A DNA stretch of 64,000 bases, taken from contig NW_025215335.1 of the NCBI RefSeq assembly GCF_004010195.1, forward strand, positions 1 to 64,000, in the 5' to 3' direction. The position numbers were made by a program, and so were the translations under genes. Below are positions 26,770 through 40,505 of this stretch, piece by piece (the stretch's first letter is position 1; the number at the start of each line of letters is the position of its first letter). Source of the stretch: Chiloscyllium plagiosum. Its lineage: Eukaryota. The notes under the pieces are model-generated. The model searched no databases, had not been told where the DNA came from, and saw only the letters and a program-made list of their open reading frames with translations.

Positions 26770-29440
26770 AAATAGTCCAACTAAGAAAGGGGCCATACTA
26801 TTCCAGATTGGGGAATGAGCCCGTCCAGTTGATAAAAGTTTTGATGGGAGAGCATTTCAGGAACAGTGATCATAAGTTTTAAGTTACTTATGAATAAGGC
26901 TAAAAATAGTCCTTGGGTGAAAAACTCGGGGAAGGTTAACTATATCAGAATATTAAGCAGGAACTGGGGAATATAGATTGGGAAAGGTTGTTTAAAGGTA
27001 AATCCACATCTACCATGTGGGAATCTTTTGAAGACCCAGTTGATTTAGAGTGCAGGACCAGCATGTGAATGATAAGGATAATGGTAAGATACAATGATAA
27101 GGACAGCAAAATTTGGATGCTTGGATGAGAAATTGAGAGCTTAGTCCGAAAGAAAAAGAAGGTATGCATAAGGTCTAGGAAACTGAAGACAGACCCCTCA
27201 AACAATACGAAGACAGCAGGGAATAACTCAAAACAGTTAGGAGGTCTAAAAGGTATAAATAAAATGTCTTTAGCAAACAGGATTAAGGAAAGTCCCAAAG
27301 CATTTTGTCTGTTGAGGAGCAAGAAGGTAGATGGGAAAGAGTAGGTGCACTTTCAGACAAAGGGAATTTATTCCTGGAGCTGGAAGAACTAGGTGAGGTC
27401 CTTAATGAATACTTTGCATCGGTATTCATAAAGGGGAGGGGTGTGGAGGTTGGTGAGTCTGTTGAGGGATATGTTAATATTCTAGGGCACGTCAATATAA
27501 GAAAAGATGGTGTTGGGTCTTTGAAAAACATTAAGTTAGGCAAGTCAGGACGTGATTGAATACTTTCCACTTGCCTGGATGAGTGTAGCCCCAAAACATT
27601 CAAGAAGATGGACAACATCCAGAATAAAGCAGCCCATTTGATTTGACACAACATCCATTCCCTCCATCACCCATGCTCAGTAGCAGTAGTGTGTACTACC
27701 TACAAGATGCACTGTAGAAATTCACCAATGAACTTCAGACAGCACCTTCCAAACCTATGACCATTCCATCTAGAAGAACAAGAGCAGCAGAACACCATCA
27801 CCAAATACTCAACACGCCCAGAGATTCTCGCCACCCTTCCATACATCAAATAATGATGACCAGACTACTCCACATCATAGTAACCCACAAACCTAACACC
27901 ACACTGAAATAGCTCCTGAGGAATTTAAAGAACCCTGTACCAATAACCAGTGCAACAACTGCAAAATATCCAGATTGCATTGGACAAACAGGCAAGAAGC
28001 TAGCCACCCGGATGCATGAGCACCAACTAGCCAACAAAGGACATGACCAACTACCACTAGTATTCATGCACACAGATGCATCTGTTTGTTGTGGTAGGTG
28101 ATATGACTTCTGGTTCTGTTTCTGAAGGGTTGGTAAATTGGGTCCAAATCTATATGTTTGTTAATGAAGTTCCAGTTTGAATTCCCGTGCGTGTCTTTGT
28201 TGAGCCTGTCCCAGGACAGATGTATTGTCCCAGTCAAACTTCATTAACAAACATATAGATTTGGACCCCATTTACCAACCCCTCAGAAACAGAGACAGAT
28301 AAATAGCAAGCAGGACAGAGTGCCAACATGTCACCGGATGCCGACTGATGATATTATCTAGCATGGTGACAAAATGTCTGAGAACAAATCTACCAGCTAA
28401 GCAAGCAAACTTACAACCTGAGCTACAAATCTTCTCCAAAATTGCAACCACCACCTTAAAGTTCCCCTCCAAGCCACTCACCATCCTGACTTGGAAATGT
28501 ATCATTGTTCTTTGAGTGTCTTTGGGTCAAAATCCTGGAATTTGCTCCTTTTAATGGCATTGTGGGTCAACCCACAGCAAATGGACTGAGGCGGTTCAAG
28601 AAGGCTGTTCACTCTCACCTTCTCAAGCGCAACTAGAGGCAGGCAATAAATGCTAGTCAGCCAGCAAGCCCCACATTTCACAAATGAGTTAAAAAAACAA
28701 AAAAGTCCCCAGGACCTAATTGGGATCTATTCCAGAATGCTGAGGCAGGCAGATTAGGAAATTGCTGGTGCCTTCTATGAAATCTTTATATCCTCTCTAG
28801 TTACAGGAAAGGTTCCAAAAGACTGGAGAATAGCCAATGTTGTTCCTTTGCTTAAGGGCAGCAAAGATAATCTGGGAAATTACAGCTGGTGAACTTTAAG
28901 TCAACGTTAGAGAAACTATTGGAGAAGATTCATAGCACTAGGAGTCATTCACATTTTGAAAAATAGGGACTTATTCCTGATATGTAGCATGTCTTTGTGC
29001 AAGGAAGGTCATGTCTCCCAAACTTGAATGAATTTTTTGAGGAAGTCCAAGGATTGAGGTCAGAATGGTAGATATTGTCTGTGATCTTTAGGAAGACTTT
29101 AGACAAGGTCCCTCGTGACAGGCTAATACAATAGATAAAGTCAAATGGGATTCGTGGTGAACTGGTAAGATGGATACAGAACTGATTCTGTCAAAGAGAC
29201 AGAGCAGTGGTGGAAGTGTTTTTTTTTCTAACTGGAGATCTGTGATCATTGTTCTGCAAGAGTCAGTGCTGGGACCCCAATTTTTTTTTATATATAAATG
29301 ATTTGGACGAGAATGTAGGTGACCTGATTAATAAGTTTGCAGATGACCCAAAGATTGCGGCTGTGGATTGTGAGGATTGCCAGAGGGTACAGCAGGATAT
29401 AGGTAGGCTGGATTCTTGGACCGAGAAATGCAGATGGAGT
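26770..29440 (+). mobile_element. Decayed CR1 ORF2 with nested insertions at about 27545-28700
   Basis: GEVLNEYFASVF, DWRIANVVPL and YINDLDENV...KFADD; KSPGP split by the insertion. Confidence 0.8.
27800..28440 (+). mobile_element. Decayed Poseidon-like PLE fragment with an internal inversion
   Basis: ATLPYIK and IGQTGKKLATRMHEHQLA remnants; inverted arms 28115-28171 / 28237-28293; decayed hammerhead at 28345; tail similar to that of the 44381 element. Confidence 0.7.
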
Positions 29441-29449
29441 TTTTTTTTT

Positions 29450-29652
29450 AAGATTACCTACAGTGCGGAAACATGCCCTTCAGCCCAACTAGTCCACACC
29501 GACCCTCCGAAGAGTAACCCACCCAGACCCATTCCCCCTAACTAATGCACCTAACTCTACGGGCAATTTAGCATAACCAGTTCACTTAACCTGGACCATC
29601 TTTGGACCATGGGAGGAAACCAGAGCACCCGGAGAAAACCCACGCGGACACG
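29450..29652 (-). mobile_element. HE1-type V-SINE, headless fragment
   Basis: agtccacaccgaccctccgaagag...ggaggaaaccagagcacccgg. Confidence 0.8.
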
Positions 29653-30723
29653 GAGGAGTATGCAACACTGTGTGGAAAGGTATCCTCAATGACAGGACTT
29701 TGACTCCACAAGCACTGTGTGGTGGTCACCCCACTTAATACTGTCATGGACAAATATGTCTGTAACAGATTGAGTGAGTGCAAGTTTCAGTGGTTTTTTT
29801 TTTCCTCTGTTCATTCTCTCACCACCTGTGGTAAGCCAATTTGGCGGATGCATCCTTCAAGTCTGGGTTGTAGTGGTGTTACTAAGCCACTGTTGACAAT
29901 GGACGCTGGAATTCTATACCGAGCATTTTGTACTAATGCTATCCTCCGTGCTTCTTCCTTGGGTGTTTAGCATGAGCGCTAATTCATCTACTGAGATTCT
30001 TTGCAGATTATAATAGGTAGGTGCTTTCCTTGTGTACCTGAGGTAGGACCTGGAAACAATGGTAAGTATTCAGAGAGCTACACCCTTATGACTGCATACC
30101 CTGTGTAAATGCATCTAGTCAGTTTGTATTGTCACTGGGGTAGGACATAACCAGATTAGTATGGTTGACTTCTAGATTTAAAAAGGTCTGGCTGAAAAAG
30201 CTGATTTTTTTCAACTTGGGGTATAAACCAGTTTAGATGGTAATGCAGAATAGGTGGTAATAATTTTTTTTTTCCCGCACTTCTCACAATTTTACATTGA
30301 CGTCAATGGAGAATGAAATTGGGTGGTGTGCTAAACTGGTTGCTGGGGTGCTGTTGCTCGTTTTGGTACTGCTACCCAAGTAAGTTTATAGACACGAATG
30401 AGGAAGTTGGATGAGGATACAATGGTGGTCAGTCACGGTTCCTATACAATGCCTACTGTCAGGGCTCAGATAGGGGAGATGGTCATTTGTTAATGGTATT
30501 GAAATAAGTGCTTTGAGGCAGAAAGAGACAGGAAGACTGAAAAAGAAGAAAATCTCCTCTGTTTTGGCTGGTTCTTGATAAAAATAAATTCCAAGGATAA
30601 GCACATTTGGCTAAACAACTTTAATTCTTTTGTGATTGATTTTTTTTCAGTGTTAACCAAACTCGACCACATAAATAGAATGCATTATGCCAACTTAGCC
30701 TGAGATTTATTTCTTTATGCTAG

Positions 30724-30896
30724 AGTCACTTGAAGGCCAGTGAACATGCTGCAGATGTTCCTATGGTGAATTTTGACTACCACCAGCAGGTGAAGGGTGG
30801 GAAGACAGACAGGCTTGTAACTGTGCTGAAACCCAAGGTGGAAAAGTTTCTGGATGAGTGTGGCTTCTTTAGCTGTGACTCCAGTGGAGTTCAGAG
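30724..30896 (+). CDS. SYNJ1: SYNJ1 coding exon (173 nt): [26 protein letters not shown]...SSGVQR
   Basis: tttatgctag| acceptor, |gtaagc donor; FDYH motif. Confidence 0.95.
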
Positions 30897-30993
30897 GTAA
30901 GCTACTCTATTGTTATTTCTATTCAATTTGGGTAAAGTCTTAGTGAGAAAATAATACAGCAATCTTATTTGAGCATGAATATTTTTTCCATAG

Positions 30994-31075
30994 GTGCCAG
31001 ACTGGTACCATCAGAACCAACTGTCTTGATTGCCTTGACAGAACGAATAGTGTGCAAGCGTTCTTTGGGTTGGAG
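30994..31075 (+). CDS. SYNJ1: SYNJ1 coding exon (82 nt): [27 protein letters not shown], Sac1 catalytic CX5R(T) loop
   Basis: ttttccatag| acceptor, |gtatgg donor; CLDCLDRT encoded at 31022-31045. Confidence 0.96.
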
Positions 31076-31733
31076 GTATGGTTTGAGTTGAAATTATTTG
31101 TTCTGATATAAAATATAAAAAAAGCTGGAGTTGCCCTGGGCATGAAAGCTCTTTTTCAAATGAGTGTTGACACAACAGAAACAGTTTACAGTTGTTACAC
31201 AGCACATATACATGTCAGTGTTTTGGTGGTCTTGGGTTCTTTCACTGCTACATAAAGCATGCTGTTATTTGATTAGGTTTCTGCAAAAGAGAAGTTTAAA
31301 CAATATTATTTGGAAAAGTTTACATTTTCATGTTTGAATCTAGTCACTGATGGTGTGGACGTGTACATTAAATGTCATTATTAATCCTTACACAGCTTAT
31401 ATGTAATTTGAAACTTTGTGCAGATGTCAGTCTGCAGATGCAAATCTCTTAACAATTATAGTTTGTAAAAATTTAATTCTGCAGTAGGTTAGTTGTATAA
31501 GTCTGTCATAAAATGTATTTTAATATGCTGCAAATATGAGTGAGGAGCAAAATCATTTTTATATTCTTGAACTGATTTTTACATACAATCCCAACCAACT
31601 TGTACCTTTTATATTGGCTGCTTAGAATAACGAATCATTCTAATGTTCAGTGCTTAATTATAGAGTAGTAATTTGTAGTTCAACCTTTAACTGAATTTTG
31701 GTTACTTCCTCCACTTCTTTCCCACCCATACAG

Positions 31734-31886
31734 ATGCTTTACAAGCAACTCGATGTTCTGGGACTAGCTGAGAAGCAACAAATGGTCACAAGATTCCAAG
31801 AGGTCTTCCGTTCCATGTGGTCAATGTGTGGTGATTCGATCAGTAAAATCTACGCTGGAACTGGAGCACTGGAAGGAAAAGCTAAG
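31734..31886 (+). CDS. SYNJ1: SYNJ1 coding exon (153 nt): [14 protein letters not shown]...[12 protein letters not shown]
   Basis: cccatacag| acceptor, |gtacag donor. Confidence 0.95.
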
Positions 31887-33061
31887 GTACAGCACAGTTA
31901 CATTGTGAGAGAATTTAATAAAATAAAGAATTGCTTGTACAACCAAGATTGCAGGTATGATAGGAGGGTACTGTCTGTCATGATGAAATATTGTAGTTTA
32001 GGGAATAACGTATATTGATTTTACAAAGAGCCAGTGCAAAAATCTGAAATATGATTTGCATTGATGTTAACATTCTCTAATCCGTATATATTCTGTTCCA
32101 AAAATGGGGTTTAGAGGGAATTTGCGGAGCATTTCTTTTTCATCCAGTGAAAGATGGGAATTTGGAGCTCTTGGCTGAGGGGTTGAGGCAGAAACCCTCG
32201 GACATTTACAGATTTCTTGGACATGCAGTGAAATCTGTAATCTTCCTGGTTATGTATCAATGCTTGGCTTAGGCACAATGGCTAATTTGCCTACCTGTGT
32301 GCTGTAAATTTTTATATACTGTTTTTTTCTAATATTGAAAATTATTGTACAATATTATACATTTAAAAGATTTCCCTTAAAACAGAATCTTGAGTTTTGT
32401 CTGAAATAGATGCTGGGAGAATGTCCTGATGAGAGTCTAGAACTAGGGAGCACAGTTTCAGGATGATATAGACATTATGGACTGAGTTAAGAAATTTTAT
32501 TTACTCAGGTGTTAATTTTTGAAATTAACTATCTCGAGGACATTGAATGCTTTGTTAATTGTTTTCGATGTTGAAATTGATAATCTATGGCATTCAAGGA
32601 ATATGGGCATTTGGTGGGAAAATGGAATGAAGGTTTCATCAGATATGATCTTAAAACCTGCTTGGCAATTTAGTTAGGGACTATTTGGCCTACCCCTTTT
32701 GCTATTTCTTGTATTCTTTTGTCTTCATTTAGATGCAAGATACTATCCTCGTCCTTGACCGTTTTTAACTGCACTGAGTAACAAAAGCGATAACTATGTA
32801 GGTTATTCAGTAATATTGATCTACTTTTCTTTCCCTGCTTTCTCTGGGTGTTTTCCTAATGGTGAGTTACATATGTTAATAGCCTAATAGAAAATTGATC
32901 TATTTTAACATGCACTTCTATAATGAATTTTTACATCTAAGTGCTTCATGCTCTGAAGTACAGAAAATGTTTCGATAACATCAATGCTGGGTATATTAGT
33001 GAAGCTGTGAAGTTAATTAATTTTAATTGTTCACAGTAATGTAATCGCCTTTCTTCTATAG

Positions 33062-33256
<195 letters not shown>

Positions 33257-33884
33257 TAGAGTGAATATCACATCACTTCAATTAGTTTGCCTTGCATGAC
33301 AGTTAACTTGTAACCTTCTGAGTAATGAAAGGTGCTATCAATCTTGAAAGTTGGTTTAAGCCTTCAAAGCAGATTTTAAGTTGTAATTTGTTCGGGAAAT
33401 TATGGAAAATTTATAATTAACTTTTAAGAAATATAGGAAGTGAAATTTAACATGCACATTGTGGTGATATACGCCAAATACTTGTTTCTGAAAAGAAATT
33501 GTGATTGCAAATATGTTTGTTTGGCTGAGATTCTAGAAGCATAGGTCATGTGGATCTTTAGAAGTGGGTTGGCAATTAATACATCTTTAACTGTCAGACA
33601 ATACGGCTATATGGAAAAGATCATCCTGTTGTTCTGGTGGGAGGCTCTTTACTGATCAAAGGCATAGATGTCTGATGAATGCAAATTCCTGGGTTTGTCT
33701 TGATTTTAAATGTTATTATCAATATAACATTGGATTGCAAAATGTCCGTAGAAGAGAAGTTATGCTGTTCCTTGTTATTTCATAAGCTGTTGTTTTATTA
33801 CTTTTGTGCATATTTCAAATTATGAGAATAATCCTCCAGTTAAACCTTTAAGATCCTGCACAAAAGGTCTTCAAGGACTTATGA

Positions 33885-34240
33885 GGAGGGGTTGGCCTTG
33901 TGATGTTATCGATAGACGATTAATCCAGACAACCAGGTAATATTCTGGGGATTCTGTTTTGAATCCCACCATGGCAGATGAAGTTCGAATTTTAAAAAAA
34001 AAGTCTGGAATTAAGAGTCTGATGACCATGAAACCTTTGTCGATTGTCAGGAAAAACCCATTTGGTTCACTAATGTCCTTTTAGGGAAGGAACTGCTGGC
34101 TTTATTTGGTCTGGTTTACATGTGACTCCAGATCCACAGCAATGTGATTGACTCATAACTGGCCTCTAGACAATTAAAGTTGGGCAATAAATGCCTACCT
34201 AGCCAGTGATGCCCACATATTGTGAACGAATTTTGAAAAA
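33885..34240 (+). mobile_element. Second tRNA-derived SINE family
   Basis: Colinear with 13585-13920 (tctggaattaaga, gatgaccatga, gattgtcaggaaaa, tacatgtgactccaga). Confidence 0.7.
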
Positions 34241-35477
34241 GGTGACTTCTGCTCAAAGTATTTTTTTTCCATTTTCAAATTGCAATTGCCAAGTCCCTGA
34301 TCTAATTTTGAACTAGGATGGCAAGGCATGCCTCTTTTTTTCATTTTAGGACTTTAAGTGGTTGCTGTTTCGAGCATGAGTAAGAAAATAGAGCTTAACT
34401 CTGGACTCCATGAAGTCACAGGGCATCAGGTCAAACATTGGCAAAGAAACATGGTGATTAATATCTATCACCAGCTCTCCTCCGATGATGAATGTGTACT
34501 GCTCCATGTTGAACACTAGAAGTAAACACTGAGTGGCAAGGGCATATCTTGGGTGGGGATTTGAGTGACCATCTGACAGTGGCTGGGAGGCACCACTACT
34601 GACTGAGCTGGTTGAGCTAGATGCTGTACTGTCTGGAGCAAGTGGTGAAGGATCCAACAACAGGAGAAAATGCATCTAGTGACCACCATGCACTTGTGAA
34701 AATGAATTTCACCTTTCATGTTGAGAATACTCTCCACCTTGTGTAGATTACCACTGAGTTAATGGGGCAGACTTTGAACAACTCCAAAGCTGGGCACCTA
34801 TGAGGTGCCATGGGCTGGTAGCAGAATTATGTTTTGGTAATAATCTGTGAACTGCTAGCGTCTCATATCAGGCATTTTACCATGCCCACTCAGCCAGGAT
34901 GTCAATCCTGGTTAAACGAGTGCAGGAAGGCTCGCAAGAGCAGTAGCAGGGATAACTAAAAATAAAGTGTCAAACAGCAGGGAAAACAACAAGCAACCAG
35001 CAATAGACAGGGCCAGGCCATCTTACATCAAACTGATCAGACCTAAGCTCTGTCATCTTTCCACCTCTCGTTGAATGGCAGTGAACGGTTAAACAAACTA
35101 ATATGGGATGGAGACTGCAAAGCATCCCCATTCTCAATTATGATGTGGAAGTGCTGGTGTTGCACTGAGGTGGACAAAATCAGAAGTCACACAACACCAG
35201 GTTATAGTCCAGCAGGTTTATTTGAAAATTCAAGCTTTGAGTGCTGCTGTCGTCAGGTAGTTAGTGGGGCAGAATACATACGGCAGAGAAATTATGAGGA
35301 AAAGATCAAAGTGTCAAGCAACTGATGCGACGTATTAGACAAACTTAGATGGCTGTTAAGTCTGTAATCCCCTAAAATGGTGATGCAGGTTTTGATTGAT
35401 TAGTATGTAAATCCCAAAATTTACTGCCCCAAGATAACTTGAGATTTTATCAGTATATAAAATCTCAAGTTATGGGC

Positions 35478-35596
35478 GACAGTGGCTGGGAGGCACCACT
35501 ACTGACTGAGCCGGTTGAGCTAGATGCTGTACTGTCTGGAGCAAGTGGTGAAGGATCCAACAACAGGAGAAAATGCATCTAGTGACCACCATGCAC
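35478..35596 (+). repeat. 119-bp direct copy of 34575-34693
   Basis: 118/119 identical by eye. Confidence 0.9.
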
Positions 35597-35609
35597 AAAT
35601 CTCAAGTGT

Positions 35610-35923
35610 GGGCGGCACGGTGGCACAGTGGTTAGCACTGCTGCCTCACAGCGCCAGAGACCCGGGTTCAATTCCTGCCTCAGGCGACTGACTGTGTGGA
35701 GTTTGCACGTTCTCCCCGTGTCTGCATGGGTTTCCTCCGGGTGCTCCGGTTTCCTCCCACAGTCCAAAGATGTGCAGGTCAGGTGAATTGGCCATGCTAA
35801 ATTGCCCGTAGTGTTAGGTAAGGGGTAAATGTAGGGGTATGGGTGGGCTACGCTTCGGCGGGTCGGTGTGGACTTGTTGGGCCAAAGGGCCTGTTTCCAC
35901 ACTGTAATGTAATCTAATCTAAT
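35610..35923 (+). mobile_element. HE1-type tRNA-derived V-SINE, young
   Basis: A box TGGCACAGTGG and B box GGTTCAATTCC; V-domain gtgtggagtttgcac...gggtttcctccgggtgctccggtttcctcccac; CR1-like tail with (aatct)n. Confidence 0.9.
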
Positions 35924-38900
35924 AATAAAAAGTGACATCTCAGCTCAGACTATGCATTAAAGGTGTGACGTTAGAGTCTATCTTTTCTCAACCTAGAGTC
36001 AGACTGTTACTTCCAAAGTAGGAATTTTAAGATGTCACATGGACTGACTGCCTATGATTGTGCTTTTTGAGCAAAATAATGTATCTGCAAATACAAATCC
36101 TGCCCCATTAGATAACTGATGAAGGAGCAGCCCTCCAAAAGCTTGTATTTTCAAATAAACCTGCTGGACTGTAACTTGGTGTTGAGACTTCTGACATTTT
36201 CAACTATGGGAGAGCCCAACTTATCTTTGTAAATGACGAGGCTAAAGCATTTCTATCCATTTTAAGCCAGATATGCCAAGTGGATGATCCATTAACCACT
36301 TCCTGAGGTTCTTGGTATCATGGATGCCAGTGTACAACCAATTCAGTTCACTCCAAGTGATGTCCAGTGTCTTAAGTGGATAATGCAAAGGCTATGCGCT
36401 CTGATTTCATTCTGGCAGTACTTTGAAGACATGCCCCCAAATTGGCTGTGCCCCTACCAAGTTGTTTCTCCCTGACTGAAAATTGCACAGGTGTGTCCTA
36501 TACACAAAGTGCCAGATAGTTTTTTGTCTCATCAGCCTACACTGCATTGTCAGCAGGGATAGTCAACAGTGCTATCAGGCAGAACTTGCAAAGGAATAAC
36601 CTGCTCACTGCTTAGTTTTGGGTTTGGGCTCTGCTCGGGCCATCTGGCTCCATATCTCACCACAGTCTTGATTTAGACTAGGCCAAAGGAACTGAATTCC
36701 AGAAGTGAGGTGACTGTGACTGCCTTTGAAATTTGACAGATCATGGCATCAGTGCATCCCAGCAAATCTGGAATCACTGGAAAATCATGGAAAACCTTCC
36801 ACTAGTTGCAATTATTACTATGGGAAATGATTGTGGCTGTTGGAGGTCAATCATTTCAGGCCATTCAGAGTTTCTTGGGAAATGTCCTTGTAGCCATCTG
36901 CAACTGCTTCATTGAACTTCCATTATAATTACTTCTCAATGTTCAGCACCATTTGCCAAAAAACTCAGATACTGAACTAGGCAGTATCCATATGGAGCAA
37001 GACCTGGGCATACCCAAGCTTGTCCTGGCATGTGGCAAGAAATATTTGTCAAATGTGCTCTTACTGTGGGGTAGGCTTCTTTCAGGCCTGTTGGCTTGCC
37101 ACTGAATCAATGATATTTCTGTAATTCACCAAGAATTTTACTCCATTTGAGTTGTTTTGAGTTTTGATAATTTTGGAAGACCAAACCTTTGTAACATAGT
37201 TTGAATCTGGTAGTGCAGAATTAACAAGAGAACATCAAGAGCTATTTTACTTACTCCACAAATTGTCGTTAATAAACATTCTCATAAATTTGTAAAAAGA
37301 ACTCTCTTTTCATAATACTTTGAGCAGGTGCTTATTTTTCCTAAGACATTGTAACCTTGAGTCATGACATTAGAGATAACTGTTTTAGCATATACTTCAA
37401 TCCAGATGGAGATTTCTGATCCTTGTATTCCCATTGCCATTTTTGACATACTTTTATAGTATACTCATTGAGATGTGGAAATATTCCAAATAGAGCCAAA
37501 AAAAGCGAACCATTGCAAATTATACTGTAGGTATGATTTTTCCTAAAATGGAGTTTAATTACACATCAAGATATCTGTTCAGAAAATTTGAGGCCTTTGT
37601 GAAATTACTGAATTTTGTTTTCAGAGACCGAGTCTGTTCATTGGAGCAGGCAAGGTTGAGATCTGTTGGGTGTTCAAAATTGAAAGTTTGAGCAAAACTG
37701 AAAAATATTTGAGTCCAGGCATGAAGTATTAGGTTTTGTACACGTTGATGATTAGGATATGGTCTACTTTACATAGCGATAAGAGCGTAACTTTTAAGAC
37801 ATCATGTATAACTATTTGAAAAAGGAAAATTTAGTGAGAAAGCCAAGACAGGTTGTGATGACATTGCTGACATTCATTCTTTGAAAGACTAAATAGTTTC
37901 CTTGTCATAACATTTAGTATATGCAAAAGTGAGAATAATTCCATTTATGTAACACGTTTTCACATCTTCAAGATGTTCCAGTGTGCTTCATTTGAAAAGT
38001 ACTTACTTGGCTTTTCAGTCACTTCAGTAGTGCAAGGAAGTACAGCTAGCAATTCACAAACGGTGAGGTTCAACAAACAGTTGTTTGATGTTGATCAGAT
38101 TATCTGTTCTTATGTTCGTTGAAGGATAAATATTAGCCACGATACCAGATAACACCCCTCTTCCTTGAATAACGCTGAGCTCAGCATTTTATTTCTGTCT
38201 CAGAAATGGGATTTGAGCTCATGATTTTCTGACTCCGATGAATGTGTTGCCCACTAAATCATAACTGGCTATGGGTTAAGTCCCTTTCAGGAAATATTTT
38301 AAAAAACCTTGCAGTGAGTGACTGGGGATTTGCGTTGTGTGCAATTTCCAAGAGGAAACAATCCAACTGTCTCTTCCAAGGATTGAATATGTATTTGTTT
38401 TTTTTTTAAAAAAAGGTCAGATTTCTGGAAATTCAAAGTACAATTGTAGAACTGGATTTCCATGAACTCTGTTTAACCTCCTTCATTTTGATTTGGCAAA
38501 TTGTTGCTGAATCTTTAAATTCTTCCACAATGAAAACCTGATGTTGGAAATTAGCTACATTGTATTCCTTTATTAAAAGGAGGACTGCCAAGAACTGCCA
38601 TTTAATAACAAAGAAGGTTAAAAATTTTGAGTTACTTTTTATGATTTGGTACCAGATTGGCTAACTTGACAGCTGTATGACTTGAGTCAAGGTTGTTGGC
38701 TCAAGCCCCACTGTGTGCACAATCCAAGTTGGCTAACCTTTTGTACGGTTTTGAGAGTCAGAGCTGTTGATCCAGGGCACCGCCAGACTGTCCCCAATAG
38801 ATTTAAAAGTCAACACAATATATTCATTTCTTGTTTGTTGAAACTTGAGTGCAATTTGGTTAACATTTTCTGAAGTAGCAGCAGCAACTGCATTTCACAA

Positions 38901-40254
38901 AAAAGTAATCATTTCCTGTTTTTAAAACATAAATTGGGATGGCCTAAAGACAGATGAGACTGTGTATATAGACTATATACATGTGTATGTTGTCGTGCAG
39001 TAAGGACAGAAGTGTGAAATTGCTGATACTTTACACTGCAAATAGAATTATTAATTCTGGGGTGTGAATTTATTTTACCTGTGCTAGTAACAGATTTTCA
39101 TTTGTCTGGGCTTTAGTTTTAATTTGGATGATTCATTGTCCACTGTTTGTATTGAAGGAACAGTTCAGATTGCAACAAAAAAACATGATATTTTACAACA
39201 AAAACATGTTCAACTTATTCAATGTTTTTCTAAAAAAAAGTTATTTTGACGTGATTATGAAGCAGTAGCAAATATCTAACTGTTAAATCATCCTGTTCAG
39301 TGCCACACATATTTGGAAATTTCAAAAAGCACAAATTGCAACAAGAAAATTTTGCTTGGTTTGCATCAGAGTTGTGAAGGAGAAGAAAGCAAGAACTCCA
39401 ATTCTTAATTGCTATATGGGATTCCTGCTGAATCTTTGATCAATACGTGTGGAATTTATGTGCTCAGCTGTGACTACTTTACCCCTTCAATTAATCTACT
39501 CCAACTCACGTAGAAATCAATCTGATCTAGGCACTTCCAGGTGCTGTTAGTGAGGGATTTGATCCAGACTAAACGAAAGCATGGTGATCAAAGTTACAAA
39601 TGAACATTTGAATTAGGAGAAAAGTTACCCATTCGGCCCCTCAAATTTGCTCAGCTATTTAAAATGATGGTTAAATTGATGTAACCTTGGCTTCACATTT
39701 CACCTCGCCCCAAAATTTTGCTTACCAATAATCTGGACCCTTCACTTGACCTGTAATGTTAACTCTTTCTCTCCACATATGTTGCCAGACCTGCTGAATT
39801 TTGCCAGCAATTTGTTTTAATATTCATTTGCAGTCACCGTTGTCCTTTACACAATTTCCTTTTCTATCCATCTTTTGTGTCAACAAATTTAACAACTGTC
39901 TTTTCAGCTAGTCTCTGTGGCACACCATTGACTACATATTGGCAACCCAGCATATTGACAAAATATCCATTTATGCCAGATCTGTCTTTCCTGTTTCTCT
40001 CTCTAGCAAATGCATGTGTGGGCACGTGCATACCATGAGTCTTTTTTTCCACATGTGAGAAACGGTGTGAGTTCATTTACCTTGTATAAGTAATTATGAT
40101 TGCAGAAGTAACACTGCTTTACCTATATCCCATACACAGTTCCACAATTTCCATCTCCAAGGTAGTTTTAGACACAAAACTTACTAGTCACCTTTTGAGT
40201 ACTAATGCATCTGCTGCTGTTGTCCTAGGTATTGAAGGCCATGGGTTTGATAAG

Positions 40255-40505
40255 GCAGCATCGGAGGAGCAGGAAAATCGACGTTTCGGGCAAAAGCCCT
40301 TCATCAGGAATAGAGGCAAGAAGCCTCCAGGGTGAAGAGAGATCTCCACCCTGGAGGCTTCCCACCTCTGTTCCTGAAGGGCTTTTGCCCGAAACGTCGA
40401 TTTTCCTGCTCCTTGGATGCTGCCTGACCGACTGTGCTTTTCCAGCACCACTCTGATCTGAACTCTGGTTTCCAGCATTTGCAGTCCTCACTTTTTGCCC
40501 AATCA
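40255..40505. mobile_element. Palindromic PLE-terminus element
   Basis: Palindrome about 40253-40424; TSD GTTTGATAAG at 40245-40254 and 40506-40515. Confidence 0.82.
40276..40311 (-). ncRNA. Minimal hammerhead ribozyme motif
   Basis: The reverse complement reads ATTC-CTGATGA-A-GGGC(tttt)GCCC-GAAAC-GTC/GATT. Confidence 0.72.

Larger units (their letters stand above)
35140..36200. mobile_element. PLE-derived element with inverted termini, interrupted by a SINE
   Basis: 35175-35240 is reverse-complementary to 36140-36197; decayed hammerhead CTGATGA-A-GGAG(cagcc)CTCC-AAAA-GCT at 36116. Confidence 0.6.

Noticed and set aside
35610..35685. tRNA-like A/B boxes (also at 2014, 52800, 63451 and 13585)
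   Set aside because: They are SINE heads followed by SINE bodies and tails, not tRNA genes.
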